Of a DNA stretch of 35,380 nt, positions 34,727-35,380 are shown in pieces (position 1 is the first letter of the stretch; every line of letters begins with the position of its first letter). The stretch comes from a virus. Its lineage: Duplodnaviria > Caudoviricetes. The notes below the pieces were generated by a model. It searched no databases. It was not told where the DNA came from and worked only from the letters and a program-made list of their open reading frames with translations. The DNA is taken from IMG/VR virus record IMGVR_UViG_3300030330_001746, positions 1-35,380 of that record; one strand, given 5' to 3'. The position numbers and the translations under genes were made by a program.

Positions 34727-35380
34727 ATGGTTGAATTGAAATTTATAGATCCGACGCTTGCCGCTGCCGACGCAGCTCTTGAAGAGCGCGAGAACGCGCG
34801 GCGCGCACGTAACTATCTCGGCATGTCGAGTGCCGGCGATTGCGGACGTAAGCAAGCCTACCGGCATTCGATGGTGGGCGCAGATCCATTCTCTGCGCTG
34901 ACGTTAAAGAACTTTGCAGACGGGCACCGGACTGAAGACTTAATTATTGAGCGGCTGCGCATGGCGCCTGGCGTGACGGTGATGGCCGAGGATCCAGATA
35001 CTGGACGTCAGTTCGAAGTCGAAGATCACAACAGGCATTTCCTTGGGCATCTCGACGGCGAAATCTTTGGATTGCACCAGGCGCCAAAGACGCCGCATGT
35101 GTTGGAAATCAAGTGCGTGAAGGAAAAAGGGTTTAACGAATTTAAAAAGATTAAAGACAAGGTTGGTGAGAAAAATACGTTGCGCGAATGGAACGAAACC
35201 TATTACGCGCAGCATCAACTGTACATGCTCTATCGTGGGAGAACGCGCGGCTACATGGTTGTGGCCTCGGCTGGCGGGCGCGACTGGGCGTCATGCCGCA
35301 CAGAGTTTAACCGAGAGGCCGCGGAGTTTTATGTAGAGCGTGCGCGGCAAATAATCTTTGAGCGCGATCGCCTACCTGAC
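34727..35380 (+). CDS. Partial Cas4-like/PD-(D/E)XK exonuclease (3'-truncated)
   Basis: MVELKFIDP...YLGMSSAGDCGRK...GHRTE...GHLDG...VLEIKC...YYAQHQLYM; frame open to the window end. Confidence 0.85.
   Translation, partial: MVELKFIDPTLAAADAALEERENARRARNYLGMSSAGDCGRKQAYRHSMVGADPFSALTLKNFADGHRTEDLIIERLRMAPGVTVMAEDPDTGRQFEVEDHNRHFLGHLDGEIFGLHQAPKTPHVLEIKCVKEKGFNEFKKIKDKVGEKNTLREWNETYYAQHQLYMLYRGRTRGYMVVASAGGRDWASCRTEFNREAAEFYVERARQIIFERDRLPD

Overview
A near-complete temperate phage genome with a podovirus-type (T7/Bbp-like) virion module. The host is probably an alphaproteobacterium; this is inferred from gene content and the tRNA-fMet-like attP. Gene order: primase-helicase and iteron origin; terminases; portal, scaffold and capsid; tail tube and nozzle; large ejection proteins; tail fibres with chaperones; lysis; attP and integrase; xis, cI and cro; Sak4, SSB and exonuclease. 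The main result is that the major capsid gene (8753-10039) is split by two compact, ORF-less group I introns of different subtypes (8897-9099 and 9207-9429), and the second appears to end in A instead of the near-universal omega-G. Also notable: a second att-like site (core, IHF box, arm repeats) with a different 7-bp spacer beside terS; an ArfA-like ORF whose terminator lies just before its stop codon; a glycosylase-like domain in an ejection protein; and five TTAC-N5-GTAA operators. Family assignments are by-eye motif recognition, not database searches.
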